NCBI GenBank assembly: GCA_002269645.1
Contig: NIVC01001166.1
Location: 62,001-126,000, forward strand
Source: Macrostomum lignano
Taxonomy: Eukaryota
Reading direction: 5' to 3'
Length of the DNA stretch: 64,000 bases
In this document: positions 8,800 through 22,785 of the stretch, one piece after another
Layout: each line of letters starts with the position of its first letter
How positions within the stretch are numbered: the first letter of the stretch is position 1
Made by a program: the position numbers and the translations under genes
Notes under the pieces: model-generated
Told to the model about the DNA's origin: nothing
Databases searched by the model: none
Seen by the model: the letters and a program-made list of their open reading frames with translations, nothing else

Positions 8800-9670
8800 C
8801 ATGGCAGATATCAGTCAGTAGACAGGGCAGATATCAGTCAGCAGACATGGCAGATATCAGCCAGTAGACAGGGCAGATATCAGCCAGTAGACAGGGCAGA
8901 TATCAGTCAGTAGACAGGGCAGATATCAGCCAGTAGACAGGGCAGATATCAGCCAGTAGACATGGCAGATATCAGCCAGTAGACAGGGCAGATATCAGCC
9001 AGTAGACATGGCAGATATCAGCCAGTAGACATGGCAGATGTCAGTCAGTAGACAGGGCAGATATCAGTCAGCAGACAGGGCAGATATCAGCCAGTAGACA
9101 TGGCAGATATCAGCCAGTAGACAGGGCAGATATCAGCCAGTAGACAGGGCAGATATCAGCCAGTAGACATGGCAGATATCAGCCAGTAGACAGGGCAGAT
9201 GTCAGTCAGTAGACAGGGCAGATATCAGTCAGCAGACAGGGCAGATATCAGCCAGTAGACATGGCAGATATCAGTCAGTAGACAGGGCAGATATCAGTCA
9301 GTAGACAGGGCAGATATCAGCCAGTAGACAGGGCAGATATCAGTCAGCAGACAGGGCAGATATCAGCCAGTAGACATGGCAGATATCAGCCAGTAGACAG
9401 GGCAGATATCAGCCAGTAGACAGGGCAGATATCAGCCAGTAGACATGGCAGATATCAGCCAGTAGACAGGGCAGATATCAGCCAGTAGACAGGGCAGATA
9501 TCAGCCAGTAGACATGGCAGATATCAGCCAGTAGACAGGGCAGATGTCAGTCAGTAGACAGGGCAGATATCAGCCAGTAGACAGGGCAGATATCAGCCAG
9601 CAGACAGGGCAGATATCAGCCAGCAGACAGGGCAGATATCAGTCAGCAGACAGGGCAGATATCAGTCAGC
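8800..9670 (+). repeat. 23-bp tandem repeat (acagggcagatatcagccagtag) in TCHP intron
   Basis: About 37 near-identical units. Confidence 0.95.
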
Positions 9671-9710
9671 CAGCAGACTCGCAGCGCCGCTCACCGCCTC
9701 CCCCATTCAG

Positions 9711-12341
9711 CATGAACGCATTCCGGGCCGACAAGGACAAAGAGGCCAGGCAGCGCAAGCTGGAGCAGCGGCGCCTGCGGCTGGCTCGCCTGCTGGAGGC
9801 TGAACGGAAATACTTCCAGGTGAGATGGCGCTTCTTACTGGGCCTACTTCCAGTTGCACCTAACAGGTTTCAATCTAGATTCTGTATGTATAGACGCTCT
9901 TGAATAGCATACATCTTTTATAGGTCATTCTCTAATTGAATATTCTTTGTGACCTTTCTTGACATCCGACCGATCCTGTAATGCATTCTCTTTGATTCTC
10001 TTCTTTCTCTTGGGGGCTTGCGCTTGCTTGAATTTGGCGAAAGCATTTTACTATCATGTTCCTCTGTTCAAATACTGGTTCTGGTTCTGGTTCTGGAATG
10101 AGTGTGTCAATATCTGAGGGTGTCAGTATCTGAGGGTGTCAGTATCTGGGAGTGCCAGTATCTGAGGGTGTCAGTATCTGAGGGTGTCAGTATCTGAGGG
10201 TGTCAGTATCTGAGGGTGCCAGTATCTGAGGGTGTCAGTATCTGAGGGTGTCAGTATCTGAGGGTGTCAGTATCTGGGAGTGCCAGTATCTGAGGGTGTC
10301 AGTATCTGGGAGTGCCAGTATCTGAGGGTGTCAGTATCTGAGGGTGTCAGTATCTGAGGATGTCAGTATCCGAGGGTGTCAGTATCTGGGAGTGCCAGTA
10401 TCTGAGGGTGTCAGTATCTGAGGGTGTCAGTATCTGAGGGTGTCAGTATCTGAGGGTGTCAGTATCTGAGGGTGTCAGTATCTGAGGGTGTCAGTATCTG
10501 AGGGTGTCAGTATCTGAGGGTGTCAGTATCTGAGGGTGTCAGTATCTGAGGGTGTCAGTATCTGGGAGTGCCAGTATCTGAGGATGTCAGTATCTGAGGG
10601 TGTCAGTATCTGGGAGTGCCAGTATCTGAGGGTGTCAGTATCTGAGGGTGTCAGTATCTGAGGGTGTCAGTATCTGGGAGTGCCAGTATCTGAGGGTGTC
10701 AGTATCTGAGGGTGTCAGTATCTGAGGGTGTCAGTATCTGGGAGTGCCAGTATCTGAGGGTGTCAGTATCTGGGAGTGCCAGTATCTGAGGGTGTCAGTA
10801 TCTGAGAGTGTCAGTATCTGAAGGTGTCGGTATCTGAAGGTTTCAGTATCTGAGGATGTCAGTATCTGAGGATGTCAGTATCTGAGGATGTCAGTATCTG
10901 AGGATGTCAGTATCTGAGGATGTCAGTATCTGAGGATGTCAGTATCTGAGGATGTCATTATCTGAAGGTGTCAGTATCTGAGGGTGTCAGTATCTGGGAG
11001 TGCCAGTATCTCAGAGTTTCAGTATCTGAGGATGTCAGTATCTGAGGACGTCAGTATCTGAGACTGTCAGCATCTAATGTTGTCGAACCCGCGGCCCCGC
11101 AGGCGGAGGTGGAGACGCTGAGCCTGGAGAACTCTGGGCGGCTGGACACCATGCGAGATCGAATCGACTCGCTGCGCAGCGCCCGAGAGCAGGTCCGCTC
11201 GGAGGAAGCCGAGCGGCTGCAGTACGAGCACTTCAGGCAGAACAATCCCCGGCTGAGGGAGGTGGCCGCCGAGCTCGCCCGCGAGGAGGCGGTGGAAGGC
11301 TGGTCCGACCAGGTGGCGGAGCGCCAAGAGGTCGCCGCCGCCGAGCGTCGCGAGTCGGACGCGTGGGCGGAGGCGGGCCGCCGGCAGGCTCTGGAAGCGG
11401 AGCTGCGCGCCCGAACCGAGGAGGCGGACCGACTCGAGGCCGAGCTGAAGCGCCGGCGCGAGCTCGAGGCCCAGATGGCGGCAATCCGTCGCCGGGCGGC
11501 CGAACAGGAACGGCTGGCGGCCGAGGAGCGGCGGCTGGCGGAGGAGCTGGACCGCGTGGCCGCGCTGGACAGCCGGCGCCGGGCGGCCGAGGAGCAGCGG
11601 CGGAAATCCGAGCACGGCCGGGCGCTGCTCCGGCAGCACAAGTCCGCCCTGGCCAGGAAGTCGCAGCAGGTGCAGGCCGACCTGCGCGAAGATTTGAAGC
11701 TGCTGGCCGCGCTTGAGGAGCGCGAGGCCGACGAGCGGCAGGCGGCCACGGAGCGGCGCGACCGGCAGCGCCAGGAGGCGGTCGGGGCGCGCCAGCTGGT
11801 GGAGGAGCAGCTGCGCCGGGAGCGCGCCAGGGAGGCCGAGCTCGATGCGCTGTTCGCCGACGAGGCCGCGCGAGAATGGGACCGGCGCCAGGCCGAGTGG
11901 CAGCGCGAGGCGGAGGCGCGGGCGCGCCTGCTATCGGAGGTGCTGGCCGAGCGGGAGAGCCAAGTGGAGCGGCAGCTGCAGGCGGCCAGGCAGGCCCAGG
12001 CGGAGAATCTCCGCGAGCGCGAGGAGCTGCTCCGCGACGTCGAGGAGGCGGCTGCGGCCACGGCGCGGGCGGAGGCGGATGAGGCGGAGGCGGCAGCGGC
12101 CAGGCGGGCGGAGCTGGACGAGCAGCGGCGGGAGCGCGCGGCAGTGGAGGCGGCGGAGCGGCTGCGCCGGCAGGCCGAGCTGAGCGAGGAGCGGCAAGCC
12201 AAGGAGGCCTACGAGCGCCTGCTGGCTGATGAGGCCGAGAGGCTGCGCGGCGAACGGGCAACGGCGCGGCAGCAGGCGGCGTTGAGCGCCAGGCAGCCGC
12301 CGACTGCGCGCCAGATTGTGCGCGGAGAGCGGCGCTTCTGA
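9711..12341 (+). CDS. TCHP: Trichoplein keratin filament-binding / ciliary coiled-coil protein, 3' exons 9711-9819 and 11103-12341; 5' exon(s) not in window
   Basis: SMNAFRADKDKEARQRKLEQRRLRLARLL, LQYEHFRQNNPRLREV and ERAREAELDALFADEAAREWDRRQAEWQREAEARARLLSEVL match recalled trichoplein segments. Splice sites attcag|, cag|GTGAGA and ccgcag| are in phase. Confidence 0.85.
10110..11065 (+). repeat. 16-bp tandem repeat (gtcagtatctgagggt) in TCHP intron
   Basis: Direct reading of the sequence. Confidence 0.95.
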
Positions 12342-12559
12342 GAATTAGGCGCGTTTGCCTTAGCGATGGCCTGTTTGTTGTGCTTGATTTTCGAGTCGGA
12401 GGAGCTGAACTGTATTTTGTGTGAATAGTGCAAGTTCTGTGAATCTGGCCTTTGTTTCTCCTGCTGAAAACATTTATCGTATTAATCAATTAATACAGAT
12501 TAATCAATCGATAATTGTGATTAACATTAATAAATCGATAATTTTAATTAAGACTACGA

Positions 12560-12940
12560 AAGCGATTAATGTGATTAATATTAAGAAATCGATAATTGTG
12601 ATTAATGTTAGGAAATCGATAATTGTGATTAATATTAGGAAATCGATAATTGTGATTAATGTTAGGAAATCGATAATTGTGATTAATACTAGGAAATCGA
12701 TAATTGTGATTAATATTAGGAAATCGATAATTGTGATTAATATTAAGAAATCGATAATTATGATTAATGTTAAGAAATCGATAATTGTGATTAATGTTAA
12801 GAAATCGATAATTATGATTAATGTTAAGAAATCGATAATTGTGATTAATGTTAAGAAATCGATAATTGTGATTAATGTTAAGAAATCGATAATTATGATT
12901 AATGTTAAGAAATCGATCATTATGAATGTTAAGAAATCGA
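12560..12940 (+). repeat. 27-bp AT-rich tandem repeat (aagaaatcgataattgtgattaatgtt)
   Basis: Direct reading; lies 3' of TCHP. Confidence 0.9.
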
Positions 12941-13969
12941 GAATTGTGATTAGGATTAATAAATTAATCATTTCTATTACGATTAATATATCTATAACTG
13001 TACGTTAAGATTAGCAATCGATAATTTTATTTAATTTTAATCAATTAATAATTTTATATATAATTAAATAATCTATCAATAATTGTAAATTCGATTAGTA
13101 AATCGCCAGTTTTATTTAAAATCAATCAATCGATAATTGCTATTAATATTGATCAAATCATAATTGTAATGCTCGTAAAAATATTAAGCAATTGGTTATT
13201 GTCGCTGAAACTTCACCGATCGGTGATAATTTTGCAGCTATAGTATATTTGGATATGGCAGTAATATTGTGTCAGTTTTTTATAAAATCGAGCACTCGAG
13301 ATTCTTTGGTTTTGAATTGAATTTTGTCACTAATTCTATTTGTGCTTTTTGTTATTATAACGTTTGACACGTTTCGACATTCCTATTTGTGCGGCATGTG
13401 CGCGACGTGCAACCAACCGGCCCGTCCAGTTGTTTTCCTCTTGTTTCTGCCTGAACTGTGTTACTCTCAGTAGCGAGTAAGCAAAATTAACGTAATTTTG
13501 TAGGGAAACTTATAATTTAATAGCCGTCCAGATAAAAAACAATTGTCCCTACTCGAACTTTTTGCACGCCTAATTCTTTTCTGTTTTTTAAGTGATTATT
13601 ATTTTTACAAACTCGCCGTATACAAGCTGTGTGTCCTTTATTACTGCCTTTAAATACATTGGCTAAATTATTATTATGATTTATACAATTTCATTCACAG
13701 CTCATACTCCCACATGCATAAGATTGTATGCTTGTTACAATTGTTCTTATTTATGCTACTGATTAAGCAGTAGTATGTGTACTACGGCCCTCGAGAATTG
13801 AAGTAAATAAGTCGAATAATAAGTTTAAAATCTGTTCATTAAACTTTTTGTTTTTTGTTAACAGCGGTTAAAGTACGTGCGGTGGGGCTATAATATGTAA
13901 TAGTACAGAATGTACTTTTAATTTAAACACACATTAGACTGAATGATGAGCTTTCAGAGTTTGGTATTG

Positions 13970-16900
13970 TTAAATCAGTTAAACAAGTTTTTGACAGCTG
14001 GTAACTGGAGAGTCGCAGCTTCCTTGAGCGAATTCCACCAACTCCTTCAGCTCCGGTTGAGGCTGTTGATGCAGAACGCTGGCGTCTGGGGTGGCAGCGG
14101 CACTGTGGGGGGGGGGGTTGGTTGGAGTTTCTTAGCTGCTTTTTGTTGGCTTATCTACTTCTCAGGCCTGAATCTCTCGCTTATCTACTTCTCAGGCCTG
14201 AATCTTTGGATTGTCTACTTCTCAGGTGTGAATCCCTCGCTTATCTACTTCTCAGGTCTGAATCTTTGGATTGTCTACTTCTCAGGTGTGAATCCCTCGC
14301 TTATCTACTTCTCAGTCCTGAAGTCTGGCTTATTTACCTCTCAGGCCTCAATCTCTAGCTTATCTACTTCTCAGATCTGAATCTTTGGATTGTCTACTTC
14401 TCAGGTCTGAATCCCTCGCTTATCTACTTCTCAAGTCTGTGCATCTTTGGCTTATCTACTTATCTACTTCTCAGGTCTGAATCTTTGGATTGTCTACTTC
14501 TCAGGTCTGAATCCCTCGCTTATCTACTTCTCAAGTCTGTGCATCTTTGGCTTATCTACTTATCTACTTCTCAGGTCTGAATCTCTGGCTTATCTACTTA
14601 CAGTATCTACTTCTCAGGTCCGTGCATCTTTGGCTTATCTACTTATCTACTTCTCAGGTCTGAATCTCTGGCTTACCAGTATCTACTTCTCAGGCCTGAA
14701 TCTCTGACGCATTTACTTCTCAGGTCTGTGCATCTTTGGCTTATTTACCTCTCAGGTCTGGATCTCTGGCTTATCTACTTATCTACTTCTCAGGTCTAAA
14801 GTTCGGTCCATCTTAAGCATCTATCTCAGTCTACTCAAGCATCCATCTCAGTCTACTTCTCAAGCATCCATCATATCTCAATCTACCTCTCAAGCATCCA
14901 TCTCAGTCTACTTCTCAAGAATCCATCTGAGTCTACTTAATCACCCAATCTCAATCTACTTCTTAAGCATCCATCCTATCTCAATCTACTTCTCAAGTAC
15001 AATTCGTCCTCCCAGCCCAGCGTACTCACAGTCCAGTACTCCCGGATGCTGAGCAGAGTAGTGCTGGTGAGTCAGCCAGGCCGCTTCCAGCTGCTGTTGT
15101 TGGCTGCTGGACTCGTAAAAAGCGACTCCAAACTGCTCCGGGTGGAATTGCTGCTGCTCCTGCTGCGGATGCGGCAGGGGATGCTGGGCTGCATAGCAAC
15201 TGTGGAATCTCTCGAGCGGCCGAACTGAGACCGGAACTCTGCTGCCGTCGGAAATTCCGCCCTGTTGCTTCTTGCCGCTGCGGCCTGGAAATGCGGCAGC
15301 AGGACAGAGTTTTATTTTTTTCGATACATATCGGCTTTAAATTATTTTTATTTTCATTCGTAGTTTTTTATAGAAAATGTTTCAGTGGGCTTCTGCCACC
15401 CTCCAGTCCTTCAGTGGACCGCTGCTACTACTGAGTCTGACTCTCGCTCAAACCGTGACTAACCTTCACAGTACTTCGGATACAGAACCCCCAGCACTCA
15501 CCGTTGCAGGTGACGTCTTTCGGCTGCTGAACCGTCGGCGGCATTTCGATTGAGTGCTGCTGCTGCTGCTGCTGCCTTCCAGACCGCTTGGACATCTCCA
15601 GCCACTGCGAGTTCGGGAAGCAGGTGAAAGAATTAAATTCGCTTCCACGCTACTTACAGTAGCCGAAACAACCGAAAATTTTTCATTCTCACCTGAAAAT
15701 AGTCGCCCACATCGCTGCAAGCGTCGGACCTCTGCCCGCCAGTGGCGACCTTGTCGGAGCCTGCGATTTTGAATTGGGGAATCCAAACTAACTAATGTAC
15801 GAGTGTATGAGCACTCAGGGTGTACAGCAGACCTTGACTCTCTCAGGGTCTTTGGGCTGGAATCTCTCGTTAGTCATTATCAAGAGCTCTCAGGCCCTCC
15901 CCCAAGGTGAGGTCAGACGACGTGCTTCTAGCTTAGAGGAAGCCCTCCGCCTGCTCAGAGTTCGGACGGACTCACCCCTAACTGCGGCGGGCTCATCCTC
16001 AGCGACGACAATGTCCACCGAAGACTCTTCGCCGCCGGACGCCCGACTGCGCACGATGCGGTTGATGGACGACACGGAGGGGGCCGAGCCGCGGTCGCAG
16101 ACGCCCTCGGCCAGCAGGAGGTCACGGATTTCCCAGGCGAACATGGTCGGATTGTCCGCCTTGTAGCGGCAGATGGCCGCCACCACGGCCGGGGTGGCCA
16201 CCTTCGGCTTGGAGCCGCCGATCACCCCTGGGCGAACGCTGCCGGTTTCGTAGAATCTGCGAGTGGTTTCATAGAAATTGGTTCGGTGAACCTGCTGATC
16301 TATCTAGTCACCTATCTACTCATCTATCTACTCATCTATCTACTCATCTATCTACTCATCTATCTACTCATCTATCTACTCATCTATCTACTCATCTATC
16401 TACTCATCTATCTACTCATCTATCTACTCATCTATCTACTCATCTATCTTCTCATCTATCTACTCATCTATCTACTCATCTATCTACTCATCTATCTACT
16501 CATCTATCTACTCATCTATCTACTCATCTATCTACCCATCTATCTACTCATCTATCTACTCATCTATCTACTCATCTATCTACCCATCTATCTACTCATC
16601 TATCTACTCATCTATCTACTCATCTATCTACTCATCTATCTACTCATCTATCTACTCATCTATCTACTCATCTATCTACTCATCTATCTACCCATCTATC
16701 TACTCATCTATCTACTCATCTATCTACTCATCTATCTACCCATCTATCTACTTATCTATCTACTCATCTATCTACTCATCTATCTACTCATCTATCTACT
16801 CATCTATCTACTCATCTATCTACTCATCTATCTACTCATCTATCTACTCATCTATCTACTCATCTATCTACTCATCTATCTATTGATCTATCTACTCATC

Positions 16901-19280
16901 TATCTACTCATCTATCTACTCATATCTATCTACTCATCTATTTACCGATCTATTATTGAGATATCTACTGGTCTATCTATTGATCTATCTACCGATTTAT
17001 CTACCGATCTACCGACTTTTAACAACCGCTTTTCCTGCTGCTTTTTGTACAATTTTCCCTGTAATTATCTCAAAAACAATCAAGCCGACGCATTTCCCCT
17101 ACTACAAGTAGCCACAGCGTGCATTATCGCGCCAATTTTCGCGCAGCCAATAAAGCCTCTCACCGGCCGAGAATTTTCGACACGCATCCGTGGCTGACCC
17201 GCAGGCGCCGGCTGATGTCGCAGGGCCGGACCCCCCGCTGCGCCAGCTGCACAATCTGGCTGCGGACGCCGTCGGGCAGAGGGCGGCCGTTCACGAAGGC
17301 ACCGCCGAGCTGGTTGATGCCACCGTGGCCTGCAGGAGTGAAGGGAGCATGGGATAATCTTCCCTGAATTGCCCGAATCAGATAGATAGGCAGTTAGAGT
17401 CGGAAATAGTCTGTAGAGATCGAGTGTGAATCCCTAGATACTGAGCGTGAATCTCTAGATTACTGAGTGTTGGATCTCTAGATTACTGAGTGCGAATCTC
17501 TAGATTACTGAGTGCGAATCTCTGAACTCTGGAAATTTAGAGATCTGAATCCCTAGATACATTCAGTTTAATCTAAAGCTCTAGAAACAGGATCTATTCC
17601 TATAGGTATTGGATCTTAACCCATAGACAGAATCTAGACCCCTAGATATTGGATCTAAGCCCATAGAGACAGGATCTAGACCCCTAGATATTGGATCTAA
17701 GCCCATAGAGACAGGATCTAGACCCCTAGATATTGGATCTAAGCCCATAGAGACAGGATCTAGACCCCTAGATATTGGATCTAAGCCCATAGAGACAGGA
17801 TCTAGACCCCTAGATATTGGATCTAAGCCCATAGAGACAGGATCTAGATCCCTAGATATTGGATCTAAGCCCATAGAGACAGGATCTAGACCCCTAGATA
17901 TTGGATCTAAGCCCATAGAGACAGGATCTAGACCACTAGATATTGGATCTAAGCCCATAGAGACAGGATCTAGACCTCTAGATATTGGATCTAAGCCCAT
18001 AGAGACAGGATCTAGACCCCTAGATATTGGATCTAAGTCCATAGAGACAGGATCTAGACCCCTAGATATTGGATCTAAGCCCATAGAGACAGGATCTAGA
18101 CATCTAGATATTGGATCTAAGCCCATAGAGACAGGATCTAGATCCTTAAATAGCCATGGTCGTATAAGTGATCCACTTCACTGAATAACAAAAAGTACCT
18201 ATGATGTAATGCTTTATGTTTAACTAAACTGTACATGCAGATTTCAAGGCAGCGATATTATATATACACTTTTCAATAGGCACCTGTGTTCCTCAGATAC
18301 AGGCCTAGCAGATGAAGGCGCAACAGAGAAGCCTGTTGCTGTTGTTGCTGCTGCTCAGATGTGGCCATGTTTGAAAATGCTCAAGACTCCCTTTTGAATA
18401 TTTTTTCAGTTCTGCACGGCTCCCGGACTCTCTCACACGGAGGACTCTCTCAGACTGTTCGAATCTCCCTTTTATGCCAAAACCGAAATCCCCAATTGAG
18501 TGCCACAGCTGGCGCCTCGCAGCGTGGGATCCTCGGGACTCCAGAATCCCCCCTTCATCATCATCATTACGCTCAGCGGACTCAGAAGTGGCCCCTATAC
18601 CGCCACTGCAGACTCTGCAACTCTCTCCATTCGCGCAGAATAATGCAATTGTTGCAAAAGAAGAATTAAAAGCAATCTGAATTAAGGCTTCGAGAGAGAA
18701 TCAGGGAAACTTTCTCTTTTTCCCGTTTCCTCGAATTGGGCTGCTGGAATTAGATTTCTATAACAATGTCTCTCGCGGTTTGCTTGCTAATGACGAGATG
18801 ACCAGATAGATTGCACAGATGATGATATATTGGAGTTTTTGTTGAGGGCTCTTGCGGACTCGCTGGGCGAGTGTTCTTGGAAATGACTTGGCTTCAATCC
18901 TGTACTCATGTGCATTATCTGTGCTCACCCGATCCCGCTCTGTCCGACTCAATTTTGCTGCTGCAGGAAATGTCACTGAGCTCGTCATCTGCTTGGTGCA
19001 GCAATTGCAACTGATGCTGATGTAGCTGCAGCTGATGCTGAGCTGTCAGCGCCTCATCAGATCCGGGCGTGTTGCAGCAGCTCAAGCAGGCCAGCTCACT
19101 GGAGCCCGCCCACTGGCCGTAGGGACTCCAGCCGCCGCCGTTCCAGCCGCAGGCTGATTTGTCTGGCGTGGAGGCTGCGACCGGCTGCTGCAGCTCATGC
19201 CAGGTGCTCGCCTGGTGATGGTGATGATGGTGCTGATAGTGATGAGGCTGGTGATACTGGAACTGCTCCAGCAAAGCCAT
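13970..19280 (-). CDS. Pax2/5/8: Pax2/5/8-class paired-box transcription factor; exons 19280-18929, 17329-17164, 16256-15976; probable further exons 15604-15502, ~15285-15030, ~14140-13970
   Basis: Paired domain [19 protein letters not shown]...[11 protein letters not shown]|[22 protein letters not shown]...[11 protein letters not shown]...[23 protein letters not shown] and NPTMFAW are Pax2/5/8-type. Splice phases match. Exons after 15976 are low confidence. Confidence 0.9.
14150..14990 (+). repeat. Complex tatctacttctcagg-based repeats in Pax intron
   Basis: Direct reading of the sequence. Confidence 0.85.
16290..16990 (+). repeat. 12-bp tandem repeat (ctcatctatcta) in Pax intron
   Basis: Direct reading of the sequence. 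Confidence 0.95.
17620..18145 (+). repeat. 42-bp tandem repeat in Pax intron 1
   Basis: cccctagatattggatctaagcccatagagacaggatctaga, about 12 copies. Confidence 0.95.
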
Positions 19281-19709
19281 CGCGATTCTGTATTTTAGGC
19301 TCAGTTTGGGTTTTCAAAATCAAGAAATACTGTTTGTTGAAGGAGGAACTGCCAATCCAACAATTATTATAGGAGGCTGATGCCCCCCCCGCATCCTCAG
19401 CCTCCCTGCTGATTGTTCCAATTGGACCCCGGCAGATTCCCAACTCAAATGATGGGCCGCCTGAATTTTTGGCGCAATTGTTTCGGCTTAGGACATGGGG
19501 GACCGGCGGGAGCAACCGGCGGGGAGAAGCGGGTAGTGAGGTAGGCGGCCTCTCTGGGGCGATTCTTATTGGCTGGAAAATTTGCCATGGACACCTGAGG
19601 CTAGAAATCTGGACAGGAAAACTTGAACATCTGGATTGGAGGTATAGTTCTTTCACAACCATTTTTAATATCAAAAACTCGTTTGAAAATGAAATTTTTG
19701 AACTGATCA

Positions 19710-20630
19710 GGCTCATGTGGGGAATTGCTGAGCTGCCAATGCTCATGTGGGGAATTGCTGAGCTGCCAATGCTCATGTGGGGAATTGCTGAGCTGCCAAT
19801 GCTCATGTGGGGAATTGCTGAGCTGCCAATGCTCATGTGGGGAATTGCTGAGCTGCCAATGCTCATGTGGGGAATTGCTGAGCTGCCAATGCTCATGTGG
19901 GGAATTGCTGAGCTGCCAATGCTCATGTGGGGAATTGCTGAGCTGCCAATGCTCATGTGGGGAATTGCTGAGCTGCCAATGCTCATGTGGGGAATTGCTG
20001 AGCTGCCAATGCTCATGTGGGGAATTGCTGAGCTGCCAATGCTCATGTGGGGAATTGCTGAGCTGCCAATGCTCATGTGGGGAATTGCTGAGCTACCAAT
20101 GCTCATGTGGGGAATTGCTGAGCTACCAATGCTCATGTGGGGAATTGCTGAGCTGCCAATGCTCATGTGGGGAATTGCTGAGCTGCCAATGCTCATGTGG
20201 GGAATTGCTGAGCTGCCAATGCTCATGTGGGGAATTGCTGAGCTGCCAATGCTCATGTGGGGAATTGCTGAGCTGCCAATGCTCATGTGGGGAATTGCTG
20301 AGCTGCCAATGCTCATGTGGGGAATTGCTGAGCTACCAATGCTCATGTGGGGAATTGCTGAGCTGCCAATGCTCATGTGGGGAATTGCTGAGCTGCCAAT
20401 GCTCATGTGGGGAATTGCTGAGCTGCCAAAGCTCATGTGGGGAATTGCTGAGCTACCAATGCTCATGTGGGGAATTGCTGAGCTGCCAAAGCTCATGTGG
20501 GGAATTGCTGAGCTACCAATGCTCATGTGGGGAATTGCTGAGCTGCCAAAGCTCATGTGGGGAATTGCTGAGCTACCAATGCTCATGTGGGGAATTGCTG
20601 AGCTGCCAATGCTCATGTGGGGAATTGCCG
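19710..20630 (+). repeat. 30-bp tandem repeat (gctcatgtggggaattgctgagctgccaat), ~30 copies
   Basis: Direct reading of the sequence. Confidence 0.95.
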
Positions 20631-21269
20631 GGATGCTGCAGGCACCTAGGTAAGACATTGTTAATTTTTTAGTTCTAAAAATTTTCATAACTTGAAAAAC
20701 TTCCTGTCTCGCCTCAATCTAAATTTGCAGTTTCATAATTCCTTTATTTCTCTTGATGTTTGAAGAATCTGTCTGATTGCGACCTTCTTTATTCATCTTT
20801 TGTCTTCCCAGCGGTTTGGCTTTGTCCAACAGTCAGGGACAACCGCTCGACTTGACCTTCTTTACTCAATTGACTGCTTCGCATGTCTCTTCTTAAGGTT
20901 TTTTGAAAATAAAAATCTGAAGTTTAAAGTCCACGCATGCTTCTCAAGGGAGTCCAGTGCACTCTGAGCTCTGTGCTCTGCGCGCCTTCAAGGGCAAAAA
21001 AAGACTCGAGTGCTTTTGCTTCTTTCTCACCTCAAAGACAATTGTCAGAATTCCTTCTGAGATGAGCTCTGTGAAAAATTAAGTGACAAGAAAAGCAATC
21101 AAAAATAATTTCAAGTGTCTTGTAAAAAGTTGCACGCAGTCGTGACTGCCGATATTTTGTGTAGTTTGACTTCTTTAGGGTGAAAATGTTATTTATTCCA
21201 TCACAATGGGAGGTTAGCGACTTAGCGAATTCTGTGCTTGAGAATATAATTGAGAGTATGCTTGAGAGC

Positions 21270-21715
21270 ATACAGAATACAGAATGCAGAATACAGAATA
21301 CAGAATACAGAATACAGAATACAGAATGCAGAATACAGAATACAGAATATAGAATACAGAATACAGAATATAGAATACAGACACACACATTATTTGATTG
21401 AATATGACACGGAGATGAGAGAGGGTGGCCGAGAGGGTGGCCAAAAGGGTGGCCGAGAGGGTGGCCGAGAGGGTGGCCGAGAGGGTGGCCGAGAGGGTGG
21501 CCGAGAGGGTGGCCGAGAGGGTGGCCAAAAGGGTGGCCGAGAGGGTGGCCGAGAGGGTGGCCGAGAGGGTGGCCGAGAGGGTGGCCGAGAGGGTGGCCGA
21601 GAGGGTGGCCGAGAGGGTGGCCGAGAGGGTGGCCGAGAGGGTGGCCGAGAGGGTGGCCGAGAGGGTGGCCGAGAGGGTGGCCGAGAGGGTGGCCGAGAGG
21701 GTGGCCGAGAGGGTG
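21270..21715 (+). repeat. (cagaata)n followed by 12-bp (gagagggtggcc)n
   Basis: Direct reading of the sequence. Confidence 0.95.
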
Positions 21716-22359
21716 GAAGATATTTATCACCCAGGTATAGGAGAACAAAAATTGATTTCCCGAGGCAGAGAAACGCTAGAACAAAATAATTGTTGCAGAG
21801 GCCGGTACCAGCGCGCACAGCCATTGTCCCCCTCTGTCAGTCTCAGGGGATATCAGATGTCGTAAAGTGGAGTCCCATCAAAACAAGATCGGTGACTCGA
21901 ATTCATGACTCCGATCCCGGCTTGCGTAGGGATGCCGCCACCGCCCATAGAGGGAGAAAGACGCCAAAAATTGGGAAGAAAAAACACAGTTAAACCGACA
22001 GGGAAAGTTAATTGAAAAACCAGCGGCCTTCGAGCTGGGGGCTCGTGCCGCCTCCCTCGAACTGTTTGAGTTGTCGGAATAAAAAACGAGAAGCTATTAT
22101 AACTGCAGAGTCTCTGCTCCGTAGGGGGCCGTGTGAAGGGAGGGCCGCGATCAATCATTGCCTCTGATCGCTGGGATCGAATCGATGGGTCTCTAAAAAT
22201 CTGAAGGGAAAAACTAAGCGACAGATTTGAAATCTCCCAGAGACCCCGGCTACTGTAGCTCGTATTCCCGAATATGGGAAATTGATTCTTGCTGCTCTGA
22301 GTTTTGGAGAACTGACTGACTTTGCTGCTTGCGATCTGGTGCTGTTGGAGGTTAAATCC

Positions 22360-22785
<426 letters not shown>

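Noticed and set aside
11051-12489. Long antisense and alternate-frame ORFs over TCHP
   Set aside because: Shadow ORFs of a GC-rich coiled-coil exon.
12421-13008. Hydrophobic repeat ORFs (VINVRKSII / IIDFLTLI)
   Set aside because: Translations of a 27-bp non-coding tandem repeat.
19195-20688. ~300-500-aa ORFs, and a CRISPR-like look of the 30-bp array
   Set aside because: Units are head-to-tail with no unique spacers and there are no cas genes; the ORFs are repeat translations.
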